This document shows positions 41,736-50,517 of a stretch of DNA of 64,000 nucleotides, one piece after another (positions within the stretch are counted from its first letter, which is position 1; each line of letters starts with the position of its first letter). The notes below the pieces were generated by a model, which saw only the letters and a list, made by a program, of their open reading frames with translations, was not told the origin of the DNA and did not search any database. The position numbers and the translations under genes are program-made. The stretch comes from Vulcanimicrobiota bacterium (lineage in GTDB: Bacteria; Vulcanimicrobiota; Vulcanimicrobiia; Vulcanimicrobiales; Vulcanimicrobiaceae): assembly GCA_963723515.1 (NCBI GenBank), contig CAVRQT010000003.1, positions 64,001-128,000 of the forward strand, given 5' to 3'.

Positions 41736-42920
41736 ACGTGCCCGTTCGGCACTAAGGCGCAGCGCGGCGATGCGCTTGCCCAGCGAAGGATGCGTTGAGA
41801 ACAGCACTTCGTACCAAGTCGGAACCTCTTCTTCCGCGAGATTCTGCTCGCGCAGCCGAGTGAATGCCGCGCAGCCGGTTTGCGGCGCACGCGTTGCAGC
41901 CACGGCAAAGCGGTCGGCAGCCCACTCGCGCGATCGCGTAAACGTGAAGAGCACCGGGCGAAGCAGCGCTGAGAAAAGCGCCATGCGCATGTAAAGACGA
42001 TAGAGAGCATCCGTGCGATCGTAACTGCGGCGTTCGGATTGCGGCATCGTGAGGTTGGCAAGTAAGAACGTTGTTCCGGCGATGACCGTGCCGAACGCGC
42101 AAAGCCGCCAACTGTCGCGCGCGACATAATGTCCGAGTTCGTGCGCGACGACGAACTCCGTCTCTTCATCGGGGAACGATTTCAGCAGCGTATCACCGAC
42201 GACGATGCGATGCGTTCGGAACAATCCGGTAACGTAAGCATTCGCCTTCTTCGTTTGCCGGCTCATGTCCATGCGTAATATTGCGGCGTCACCGACACCA
42301 AAACGCGACGCAAGACGCCGTAAGCGATTTTCAAGCGCACCGGTCAATGGTTCAAACCGATTGAAGAGCGGCGCGACATAGACCGGCACGATCAGCCCCA
42401 TCAGGACGAAAAACGGCAACAAGGCGAGCGTGGCAAAGAACGGCCATCCATTCGGTTTACGACGCAGGAGCGTCGCAAACGGGATGCTGATCAGCCCGAT
42501 TAATGCGGAGCTGATTCCGAGTCCCTTCGCGTGATCGGTCAGCCATGCGGTCACAGATTGATCGCTTAGTGCGAAGCGGCGCTCTAGCTCATAATCTTCG
42601 ATGAATGAGGCCGGCAATTCAATCAGCGTATCAATCACGAGTCCGGCAACCGCAAGAACGGCAGGGCGCAGCGTGACGGGCAACGGTGCGGTCAAACGCT
42701 GCAGCCGAGCGCCGAAGCCGCCCTCGGAGAGTGCAGCGGCAACCGCGATCGAACGCACGGTGTTCGTCAGTTCCAGGTTTCTTCGAATCCGTCCGTAGCG
42801 CGCAGCATCTTTTTCAAATTGCGGCGGCGGCCGGCGCAGCGCGCCGATCGCCTCGATCAGACGGTAGGCAGCATAGCCGGCGGTGAGGCCGGCTCCGATT
42901 CCGAACAGAAAGCGTCGCAT
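41661..42920 (-). CDS. M48 (Ste24-like) membrane metalloprotease
   Basis: ANAYVTG, HELGH, EWAAD, THPS; 3' end uncertain. Confidence 0.9.
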   Translation of the reverse strand: MRRFLFGIGAGLTAGYAAYRLIEAIGALRRPPPQFEKDAARYGRIRRNLELTNTVRSIAVAAALSEGGFGARLQRLTAPLPVTLRPAVLAVAGLVIDTLIELPASFIEDYELERRFALSDQSVTAWLTDHAKGLGISSALIGLISIPFATLLRRKPNGWPFFATLALLPFFVLMGLIVPVYVAPLFNRFEPLTGALENRLRRLASRFGVGDAAILRMDMSRQTKKANAYVTGLFRTHRIVVGDTLLKSFPDEETEFVVAHELGHYVARDSWRLCAFGTVIAGTTFLLANLTMPQSERRSYDRTDALYRLYMRMALFSALLRPVLFTFTRSREWAADRFAVAATRAPQTGCAAFTRLREQNLAEEEVPTWYEVLFSTHPSLGKRIAALRLSAERARSEQNGAMHGPKPAGEVGLARQVGP

Positions 42921-42942
42921 GAAGTCCTCTAATCGCTCCGAA

Positions 42943-44448
42943 GTGCGCCGTTTCGCCAATGCGCGCGTCTACTCATATCTTCCGGATCGCGACGAGTACG
43001 TCGTCTGCTGTGGCCTCGCAGTCGAGGGCGATCGGATCGTTTCGCTCGGCGAAGAGAATGCGCTGAGCGGGAAGACATCGCGCGATCTCGAGGGCCTCAC
43101 GGTGTTGCCGGCGCTTGCGGATTGCCACGTGCATATGGCGGATACCGGATTCACGCTGGGAGCGCGCAACTTGAGCGGCGTCCGCTCCTACGCAGAATAC
43201 TCGGCGGCTGTCGCTGCGCTTGCGCACGGCCACTTTGTTTTCGCCGGAAACTACGATGAAAGCGATTGGAACGACGGCCGGCTCGCCGATGCTGCGCCGC
43301 TCGAACGGTTCTTTTCGGATTCGCTCGCGATGCTCGTGCGAATTGACGGCCATTCGTGCATTGTTAACCGCAAGACGCTGCAGTGGCTTTCCTTGCCGCC
43401 AAATCTTCGCGGCATCGAGAAGAACGAGGGCGGAGAGCCAACCGGAAAGCTTTTCCTGGACGCGAGCTGGAAGGCGCAGTTTGCTTTCTTTGGCGCGATT
43501 CCTGAGGAGATGCGGCGCGCCGCCGAAGCGAGCGCAACGGAAATCGCGCTTTCTCGCGGCGCCGTGCATCTGCACGCGCAACTCGTCGGTTTCCGAAAAG
43601 ATCAATACGCCGGCGAGGTTGAAGCGCTGCGTCGCCTCGCTGGCCCCAAATGGTATCCGAAGATCTGCGAGCCCGACCCATCGCTCGCCAAATCGTTGGG
43701 TCTGCCGTTCATCGGCGGAGACGTCTTCTTGGACGGTTCGATCGGAAGTTGCACCGCCGCAGTCAGCGAGCCGTTCACGACCGGCGGTCATGGGCAAGGG
43801 TGTGGCGCGCTTAACTTCGATGATGATGCGCTCTTCCGGTACTTCGACGAAGCGGAGCGCATCGGCATCTCCGCCGGCGTGCATGCCATCGGCGATCGCG
43901 CGATCGAGCAATGCATCGCGACTTGGGAACGCGTCCTCGATGGAAAGCCGACGCAGCAGCGCCATTTCATCGAGCATTTTGAGATCGCGCGGCAAGATCA
44001 CATCGAGCGCTGCGTGCGATTAGGGATCTATCTCTCAATGCAGCCGCAGTTCGATTTATTGTGGGGCGGTGCAGGCAATATGTACGAGCAGCGGCTCGGC
44101 GCCCAGCGAATGCGCACGATGAATGCTCTTGGGCGCGCACAGCGTGCCGGTGCGGTGCTATGCGGCGGCGATGACAGCCCGGTCTGCGACCTTTCGCCGC
44201 TCTTAGGCATGCACGCCGCAGTGCATCATCATGAACCGCAAGAACGCTTGACCCCGGCGCAAGCGCTGACGATGTACACGTACAATGCGGCGCGTCTCGC
44301 GCACGTCGAAGATCAAACAGGGAGGCTTGCTCCCGGCCTTGCGGCGGACTTCGTCGTGCTCGATCGCGATCCGATGCAGGACGGTGACTTCGCGAGCGCC
44401 ACCGTTCTCCAGACTTGGAGCAACGGCGAACTCGTGTACGAGCGCTAG
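42943..44448 (+). CDS. YtcJ-like amidohydrolase 3
   Basis: DCHVH, RIDGH, FLDGS, HAIGDRA, IEH, SMQP, ADFVVLDRDP. Confidence 0.88.
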   Translation: MRRFANARVYSYLPDRDEYVVCCGLAVEGDRIVSLGEENALSGKTSRDLEGLTVLPALADCHVHMADTGFTLGARNLSGVRSYAEYSAAVAALAHGHFVFAGNYDESDWNDGRLADAAPLERFFSDSLAMLVRIDGHSCIVNRKTLQWLSLPPNLRGIEKNEGGEPTGKLFLDASWKAQFAFFGAIPEEMRRAAEASATEIALSRGAVHLHAQLVGFRKDQYAGEVEALRRLAGPKWYPKICEPDPSLAKSLGLPFIGGDVFLDGSIGSCTAAVSEPFTTGGHGQGCGALNFDDDALFRYFDEAERIGISAGVHAIGDRAIEQCIATWERVLDGKPTQQRHFIEHFEIARQDHIERCVRLGIYLSMQPQFDLLWGGAGNMYEQRLGAQRMRTMNALGRAQRAGAVLCGGDDSPVCDLSPLLGMHAAVHHHEPQERLTPAQALTMYTYNAARLAHVEDQTGRLAPGLAADFVVLDRDPMQDGDFASATVLQTWSNGELVYER

Positions 44449-44454
44449 GAAGAC

Positions 44455-45540
44455 TTAGATCAGCGAGATCGTTTGCTTCTCTTTGGGAATCGACTCAACG
44501 GAGCGCAGCAGCGCGGCCGCGAGTTCGTCGCAGACGGGATCGTCGAGCTCTTCGATGCGTCCTTCATCCGCAAGCAGCGCCTTGAGCGGATCGATCGGCA
44601 TGCGGGCAAGAACCGGCGCTTGTGCCAGTTCAGCAACGCGATCCGCGTACGATGGCCCGAAAACTTCGTACCGTTTGCCGGTATCCGGCGCGACGTAGTA
44701 TGACATGTTCTCAACGACGCCCAAGATCGGCTTCTTCAACTGATGAACGAGGTTCGCAGCCTTGCGTACGATCATCGTTGCCAGCATCTGCGGCATCGTG
44801 ACGAGCACGACGCCGTCGATCGTGAGCGATTGCAGGACCGTCAGGGGCGCATCGGATGTTCCGGGCGGAAGATCGATCAGCAACACATCGAGATCGCTCC
44901 ACGTGACCTGCTCGTAGAACTGGCGAATGACGCCCGAGACGATCGGTCCGCGCCACACCATCGCGGTGTCTTCCTGATCCGTGAGCAGATTTGCGCTGAC
45001 GATTTCGATCGCGCTGCGCGAGATCGCCGGCACGAGCAACGGGCGCTTTTTCCCATCCGCACCGGGCGGCGCCTCCGGATCTTCTCGAATGACGAGCGGC
45101 TTTCGCAAGCCGAAGAGTCGCGGAATCGAAGGCCCCGTGATGTCGGCGTCCAGGATGCCGATGGTCAGGTTGCGCCGGCGCAGGCCAACCGCCAGCAGCG
45201 CCGTCACGAGCGACTTCCCCACGCCGCCCTTTCCCGACATGATCGCGACGACGTACTTGAATGCGGCGCGTCGAGCGAAGGCGCTTGGCGGACGCATTAT
45301 CGGACGTCGGTCTTCATTATTAATCAGCGGGACGCGTCCCGAAAGGCGGGCTTGAACCAGCGCCGTGACGATCGGCTCAACGCGCAGTCCGTGGGCGCGT
45401 GCGCCCTGTTCGATCGTCTCGTAGCGGTTGACCCCGCAGCCCGCGCAGTGCAGCCCGAAAACCGAAAGCACATCCGGCGCGATCGGCAAATCGGCAACGA
45501 GTTGACGGATATTCGTTTCAGGGGCGATCGTGAGGGGCAT
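44455..45540 (-). CDS. Mrp/ApbC P-loop ATPase with N-terminal DUF1858-like CxxC domain
   Basis: FGLHCAGC...ETIEQGARAHG; SGKGGVGKS, DADITGPSIP, DLPPGTSD, VENMS. Confidence 0.88.
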   Translation of the reverse strand: MPLTIAPETNIRQLVADLPIAPDVLSVFGLHCAGCGVNRYETIEQGARAHGLRVEPIVTALVQARLSGRVPLINNEDRRPIMRPPSAFARRAAFKYVVAIMSGKGGVGKSLVTALLAVGLRRRNLTIGILDADITGPSIPRLFGLRKPLVIREDPEAPPGADGKKRPLLVPAISRSAIEIVSANLLTDQEDTAMVWRGPIVSGVIRQFYEQVTWSDLDVLLIDLPPGTSDAPLTVLQSLTIDGVVLVTMPQMLATMIVRKAANLVHQLKKPILGVVENMSYYVAPDTGKRYEVFGPSYADRVAELAQAPVLARMPIDPLKALLADEGRIEELDDPVCDELAAALLRSVESIPKEKQTISLI

Positions 45541-45573
45541 GGCTGATTCTTCCGTCTTGAGAAGGCGACTCCG

Positions 45574-46296
45574 TTGAATACAAACCGATCGCCGGACCTT
45601 TCGTTTGCGGATCACGACACGTTACGCCGGCTCGGTGCGAGGCTAATCGTGAGGGACGACCCTGCTTTTCCGGCCGGCTTACGTGAACTCGAGGATCCAC
45701 CGCATCTTCTCACCGTGCTCGGAGAGTTGCCTTTGCGAGGCGTCGCCATCGTCGGGAGCCGGCGTCCGCCGCAAGAAGCCGCCGAATTCGCATTTGCGCT
45801 GGCCCAACGCATCGCCGAACCGGTGATCAGCGGTTTGGCGAGCGGAGTTGATAGTGCCGCGCACCGCGGAGCGCTCGCGGGCGGAGTCCAAACGCTTGCA
45901 TACATAGGAAGCGGCGTAGCGGCGATCTTTCCACCTGAAAATCAGCCGCTCGCACAAGAGATTGTCCGCAGCGGCGGCGGCATCGCGTCGGCCGAGTTGC
46001 CGAACGCGCTCGTTTCAGATCGTGCGCTCGTGCGGCGTGACGGTTTTCAGGCGGCTCATGCTCGTGCAGTCGTGTTGGTCTGTTCGGAAGCAGGCGGCGG
46101 CGCGATGCATACGATGCGATTCGCGAAGCGCTTGCAGCGCGGACGGTTCGCGATTGTACCAAAGGACGGCGCACAATACTTCGGGAACAGAATCGCCCTC
46201 TCGGCCGGCGCTACGGCGCTTCCTTGGAATATCGAGGATGCGTTACGCGTGCTGCACGAAACGACAAGCGAATCAAGCAATGCCGCATCGATATAA
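45574..46296 (+). CDS. Short DprA/Smf-like protein (Rossmann domain only)
   Basis: DPAFP..L..LEDPP..L, VAIVGSR, VISGLASGVDSAAHRGAL, GGAMHT. Confidence 0.8.
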   Translation: MNTNRSPDLSFADHDTLRRLGARLIVRDDPAFPAGLRELEDPPHLLTVLGELPLRGVAIVGSRRPPQEAAEFAFALAQRIAEPVISGLASGVDSAAHRGALAGGVQTLAYIGSGVAAIFPPENQPLAQEIVRSGGGIASAELPNALVSDRALVRRDGFQAAHARAVVLVCSEAGGGAMHTMRFAKRLQRGRFAIVPKDGAQYFGNRIALSAGATALPWNIEDALRVLHETTSESSNAASI

Positions 46297-46681
46297 TCCC
46301 CTTTTTACGCCTGAAAACGTCCGCTGTGCGCGAGAAGATCGGGGCGCAGTGCTTCACCGCCTCCCTTTTGGCGTCATCATCGTCGATCGGAATGCCAAGA
46401 TCGTCGACTACAACGAAAATGAAGATCTCTCTACGGTCAAGCAAGATCTGATCGGAAAGAATTTCTTCGAAGAGGTCGCTCCGTGGGCTGCGGTCGACGC
46501 ATTCAAGCGCCGCTGGGACGAGTTCATCTCGTCGCAAGAGACGCTTTTGATGCCGTTCGATTTCACGCTGCCCGGTTCGAAGGGGCCGGTTGAGGTAACG
46601 GTGATGTTTGTGCGCGTCAATTTCGACTCAGATCACGCGACAATTTGCATCGCGCGTAAAGCCGAAGTCCCAAGCGCGTAA
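46280..46681 (+). CDS. PYP-like PAS protein with Trp at the Cys69 position
   Basis: LPFGVIIVD...YNENE...LIGKNFFEEVAPW aligns to PYP LAFGAIQLD...YNAAE...VIGKNFFKDVAPC; 133 aa from ATG 46280. Confidence 0.8.
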   Translation: MPHRYNPLFTPENVRCAREDRGAVLHRLPFGVIIVDRNAKIVDYNENEDLSTVKQDLIGKNFFEEVAPWAAVDAFKRRWDEFISSQETLLMPFDFTLPGSKGPVEVTVMFVRVNFDSDHATICIARKAEVPSA

Positions 46682-47996
46682 GGGCGCTGCGCCCGCGAGC
46701 GCGCTGGCGGGCGGCTGCAGTTCGCCCGTCCGGGCGGGTGCCGCGGTCGGCGGAGCACCCTTCATTCAGTCGCACGCGAAAGGCGCGTACGCGTTCGACG
46801 AAAATGGCCGCCGCTACATCGACTACATCATGGCGTACGGGCCGCTTCTTTTCGGGCATGCCCATCCTCGTTTTTCAACGGGTCTGGATGCAATCGCTGA
46901 GCGTGGAGCGCTGTTCGGGTCAACGCACGTTGAAGAGCTTGCGCTTGCAAAGCGGATTGCCGGACATCTTCCGTCGATGCAGCGCGTCCGTTTCACGACG
47001 ACCGGCACGGAAGCCGTTATGTCGGCAATCCGCGTTGCGCGCGCGTTCACCGGCCGCGAGCTGGTCGTGCGCTTTGCCGGGAACTACCATGGCCACTTCG
47101 ATCTGGTGCTTTCTCGTGCGGGCGCATCGGCCGCGCAAAACGGCAAACCAACCGCCTGTGCTGAGCTGCGTCGAAGCGGAATTACGCGCGCCGCGATCGG
47201 CGATGCGATCGTCACACGATACAACGATCTCGATGCGTTCGACCACGCCGTTCGAGGACGCGAGATGCAAATTGCGGCGATCCTCGTCGAGCCGATCGCG
47301 GCCAACATGGGACTCGTCCACCCCGTCCGCGGCTTCTTGGAAGGGCTGCGCCGCAGAGCCGATCGCTTTGGCGCGGTGCTGATCTTTGATGAAGTGATTA
47401 CCTGGCTGCGCTTGGGGTTGGGCGGCGCGCAGCGACGTTTGCAGCTCCGACCCGATCTGACGACGCTCGGAAAAGTTCTCGGCGGCGGTTATCCGATTGC
47501 TGCGTTCGGCGGAAGAGCCGATGTCATGCGCGAGCTCGCGCCTGAGGGCGCAACCTTCACCGGCGGGACGCATGCCGGCAATACGTTGTCAGTCGCAATG
47601 GCGCATCGAACGCTCGATCTGCTGGAATTGCATCCCGAGTATTATCGCTCGATGGCGCAACGAGCAACGCAGCTTGCCGCCGGTTTGCAGTCAATCATTG
47701 CTTCACACGGATTTCCGTATCAGGTCGTTCAAGACGAGAGCATCGTCGATTTCAAGTTTCGAGAGGGCGTCACGCGCAATTGGGAGGATGCATGCGGGGC
47801 AGACGCATCGGCGTATGCAGCGTACTACCACGAAATGCGAAAGCGCGGCGTGCTTTTACCGCCGTCTCAAAATGAACTGATGTTTCTCTCGATTGCTCAC
47901 AGCGCCGCAGACATCGCCGAAACGCTGAACGCGGTCGACGAGGCGTTCGCTCAACTTAAGCGGCGGAAGCCGGTTGGTCAGCGCACGCGCAGGTAG
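46608..47996 (+). CDS. HemL-like class III PLP aminotransferase, divergent; start uncertain
   Basis: GGCSSPVRA, YIDYIMAYGPLLFGH, GTEAVMSAIRVARAFTGR, YHGH, FDEVIT, TTLGKVLGGG. Confidence 0.85.
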   Translation: MCASISTQITRQFASRVKPKSQARKGAAPASALAGGCSSPVRAGAAVGGAPFIQSHAKGAYAFDENGRRYIDYIMAYGPLLFGHAHPRFSTGLDAIAERGALFGSTHVEELALAKRIAGHLPSMQRVRFTTTGTEAVMSAIRVARAFTGRELVVRFAGNYHGHFDLVLSRAGASAAQNGKPTACAELRRSGITRAAIGDAIVTRYNDLDAFDHAVRGREMQIAAILVEPIAANMGLVHPVRGFLEGLRRRADRFGAVLIFDEVITWLRLGLGGAQRRLQLRPDLTTLGKVLGGGYPIAAFGGRADVMRELAPEGATFTGGTHAGNTLSVAMAHRTLDLLELHPEYYRSMAQRATQLAAGLQSIIASHGFPYQVVQDESIVDFKFREGVTRNWEDACGADASAYAAYYHEMRKRGVLLPPSQNELMFLSIAHSAADIAETLNAVDEAFAQLKRRKPVGQRTRR

Positions 47997-48424
47997 CGGC
48001 CGAGCACGACGGCCGTTCCCTTGCCGGGCACGCTGCGGACTGCGAAAATATCGCTGCAGCGCTCCATGATGGGCAAGCCGCGGCCGCGCTCCGCAAACTC
48101 GTCGGGCAGCGGTGTCTTCGGCAGCGGATCCGTAATGAACCCGCGGCCCGAATCGGTGATCGTGGCCACGATCTTATCGTGTTCGATCCGGCATACGATC
48201 TCGATTGCGTCGCGCGATCCGGAATGTTCGATCGCGTTGGCAATCGCCTCGCCAAGCGCAAAGACGAAATCCTCGAGGTCGCAGATTGCAATGCGATGCC
48301 GATGCGCAAACGCGATGACCTCATCGCGGGCACTCTTGCCGTAGCGAGCGTTCGGCGGAATGCAGACGCGGAGCGAAGGACTCTGCGTTCGCCCGTTGCC
48401 AAAGTGCGATTCCGCGCGCTCCAT
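47978..48424 (-). CDS. RsbW-like anti-sigma factor / HATPase_c protein
   Basis: ALGEAIANAIEHS, ITDSGRGF, ERGRGLPIM, GTAV. Confidence 0.88.
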   Translation of the reverse strand: MERAESHFGNGRTQSPSLRVCIPPNARYGKSARDEVIAFAHRHRIAICDLEDFVFALGEAIANAIEHSGSRDAIEIVCRIEHDKIVATITDSGRGFITDPLPKTPLPDEFAERGRGLPIMERCSDIFAVRSVPGKGTAVVLGRYLRVR

Positions 48425-48446
48425 CAACCTAAGCAGTATCGCCCTT

Positions 48447-48470
48447 ATACCCCTCGTACGGCGGATAAAC
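48447..48470 (-). promoter_or_regulatory. SigB/SigF-type stress promoter
   Basis: Minus strand GTTTAT-N12-GGGTAT, ending 22 bp upstream of the RsbW-like ATG. Confidence 0.6.
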
Positions 48471-48532
48471 GTGGTTCTACGGCTTTTTAGAGTCGAATGG
48501 CCTAATGCATCGCAAAGCCGAATGAGCGATAC

Positions 48533-48811
48533 GTGACGGTAGATCGCGAGCGGTCCTACGTCTACGTGCTCATTTGTGCCGACGGTTCACTGTATACCGG
48601 TTGGTGTCGCGACCTGGATCGCCGGATGAAGGCCCACCGCGTTGGCCGCGGCTCAAAGTACGTCAGATCGCGGTTGCCGTGCCGACTGGCAACTTTTTGG
48701 GCGGTCGCAAACCCGTCCGTGGCCAAAAAAGAGGAGGCGGCTTTCAAACGGCTGCGGCGTCCGGCAAAGCTGCGCGCGTTGAAAGATAAGATACTCAAGC
48801 GCCGTTCTTGA
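48533..48811 (+). CDS. Small GIY-YIG nuclease (YazA/YhbQ-like)
   Basis: YVYVLICADGSLYTGW..DL.RR..AH..G.GSKY..SR.P. Confidence 0.9.
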   Translation: MTVDRERSYVYVLICADGSLYTGWCRDLDRRMKAHRVGRGSKYVRSRLPCRLATFWAVANPSVAKKEEAAFKRLRRPAKLRALKDKILKRRS

Positions 48812-49670
48812 CATGCCAATAGACGGCATTTGCAATTGCGCCGATTCCGTGAAGCGCGCCGGCATAGTTCGTCAAGTATTTCGTCAACACGCATAAGATA
48901 AAAGGGGTGTCCCCAAAGGGATCGACGATCGCGGCGTCGTTACGGACGCCGTCCACTTCCCCGGTCTTGTTGGCGATTGGAACACTGGCCGGAATTCCGG
49001 CCGGAATTTTGTCGCGATCGGTTTGACCCAGCATGATGTCGATCATCCGCCGGCATGCGCGGGAAGAGGCGACCGTGTCGAGCCCTTCCCGCGAGCCGCG
49101 CTCGATCTGGTAGAGCAGCATACCGATGTCGCGCGGCGTCGTGACGTTCTCGTGATGGTGCACGATCGCGCTATAGTCGAGGAAATGGCGACGCAGATGC
49201 GTCTGTTCGAGCCCCGCGGCGGCGATCGTTTTATTGATCGATTCGAAACCGAAGTGAGTAATCAACGAGTTTGCGGCGCTATTGTCGCTGAGCCGGATCA
49301 TCGGCACGAGGAGCTGCTCGACCGTGAAGCGTTCGCCGCCCCGCGCGCCGGCTAAGAACGGCGAACCGCCGACAAGGTCGGAACCCCGAATCGCTACCAC
49401 GCTGTCGAGAGCGTTTGCGTGATGATCCTGAGCGCGAAACGCCGTGAGCATGATCAAGAGTTTGATGACCGATGCCGCAGGGAAGACGACCTGGGCATTG
49501 TACGCGACGAGCGCTGAACCGGGCGCCATCGTTCTGGCAAAGATTCCCGCCGCTCCCGGCATATCGTCAACGATCGCGCTGAGATTGAGTTCGTCGGCGC
49601 GGGCGCGCCATGGAGGTATTGCAAAAAGCGCGGCGGTGGCGGAGAGGAACGTCAACCGATCCACACGCAT
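48795..49670 (-). CDS. Class A beta-lactamase-like serine hydrolase
   Basis: ASVIK, SDN, KTG; N-terminal signal; TGATG coupling to the upstream permease. Confidence 0.85.
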   Translation of the reverse strand: MRVDRLTFLSATAALFAIPPWRARADELNLSAIVDDMPGAAGIFARTMAPGSALVAYNAQVVFPAASVIKLLIMLTAFRAQDHHANALDSVVAIRGSDLVGGSPFLAGARGGERFTVEQLLVPMIRLSDNSAANSLITHFGFESINKTIAAAGLEQTHLRRHFLDYSAIVHHHENVTTPRDIGMLLYQIERGSREGLDTVASSRACRRMIDIMLGQTDRDKIPAGIPASVPIANKTGEVDGVRNDAAIVDPFGDTPFILCVLTKYLTNYAGALHGIGAIANAVYWHVKNGA

Positions 49671-50464
49671 CAGCTGCCGGTTCCTTGATAGTGGTTGAGG
49701 CCGACGCGCCAAAACGCATACGAGACGGCGAGCCAAGCGATGCCGATCAGCGGGGTCAGCAGGCCAACTTGTGGCGCTAAGGAGAGACCGCTTTGCGCCT
49801 TATGCAAGAAGTACGTCGCCGGAAAGTAGTTCATGAACGCGAACGGCAGCACGAATGTGAGCACGAAACGCACGGCGCGCGTGTAGATGCTGATCGGATA
49901 GCGCGTAAACTCCTGCTCCAGCGACATGACGACCCAGCGTAGCGTGTCGACGCGAACGAACCAAAAAGAGAGCGTCGCCACGACAAGTGAAATGCCGAGA
50001 TCGATGAGCGCGCCGCCGATCACAATCAGCGGAACGAGCAGAACGAATGCCAGGTCAACCTGCACCTTTGTGTATTGCGTCGCGAAGATGAAGAAGACGA
50101 TCCCGAGGACCAGTTCGTCCGGCCAGATCTGCTGCGGCACGGTCAGCGTTTGAAAGAGCGTGTCGAGGGGCCGCACCAAGAAGCGGTCGAAACGGCCCTC
50201 TCGCACGTATTCGGGAACGCTGACGATCGTAAAGAAGAACGTGTTATGGATCGCGTGGCCGAGCATCCAAAGCGCGTAGAGAAATGCCATCTCGCGAAAG
50301 TTCCAGCCGTTCATCGACGGGAATTGACGCAGCGTTACATAGAGTGCCGCGATCGCCGTTCCGTGGTAGACGAGCGTGAATGCGAGCCACATCAAGAAAT
50401 TGGCGCGATACTCGAGCATCGTCAGGAAGTTGATGCGCCAATATTGCTTGTACGTCGCGAGCAT
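49670..50464 (-). CDS. ABC-2 permease (DUF990-type)
   Basis: EYRANF, VREGRFDRFLVRPLD, RYPISIY, YQGTGS. Confidence 0.88.
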   Translation of the reverse strand: MLATYKQYWRINFLTMLEYRANFLMWLAFTLVYHGTAIAALYVTLRQFPSMNGWNFREMAFLYALWMLGHAIHNTFFFTIVSVPEYVREGRFDRFLVRPLDTLFQTLTVPQQIWPDELVLGIVFFIFATQYTKVQVDLAFVLLVPLIVIGGALIDLGISLVVATLSFWFVRVDTLRWVVMSLEQEFTRYPISIYTRAVRFVLTFVLPFAFMNYFPATYFLHKAQSGLSLAPQVGLLTPLIGIAWLAVSYAFWRVGLNHYQGTGS

Positions 50465-50517
50465 TACGTCAAGAATCCATCACGATCTCAGCATCGACAC
50501 GAGCGTCGCAAGCCACG

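Noticed and set aside
45962..46279. N-terminal extension of the PYP-like ORF (239-aa call)
   Set aside because: It lies out of frame inside the dprA-like gene; ATG 46280 gives a protein of PYP size and register.
48533..48811. GIY-YIG nuclease as the mobiliser of the REP-like repeats
   Set aside because: No repeat copies flank it and it looks like an ordinary YazA-type gene; not excluded, but unsupported here.
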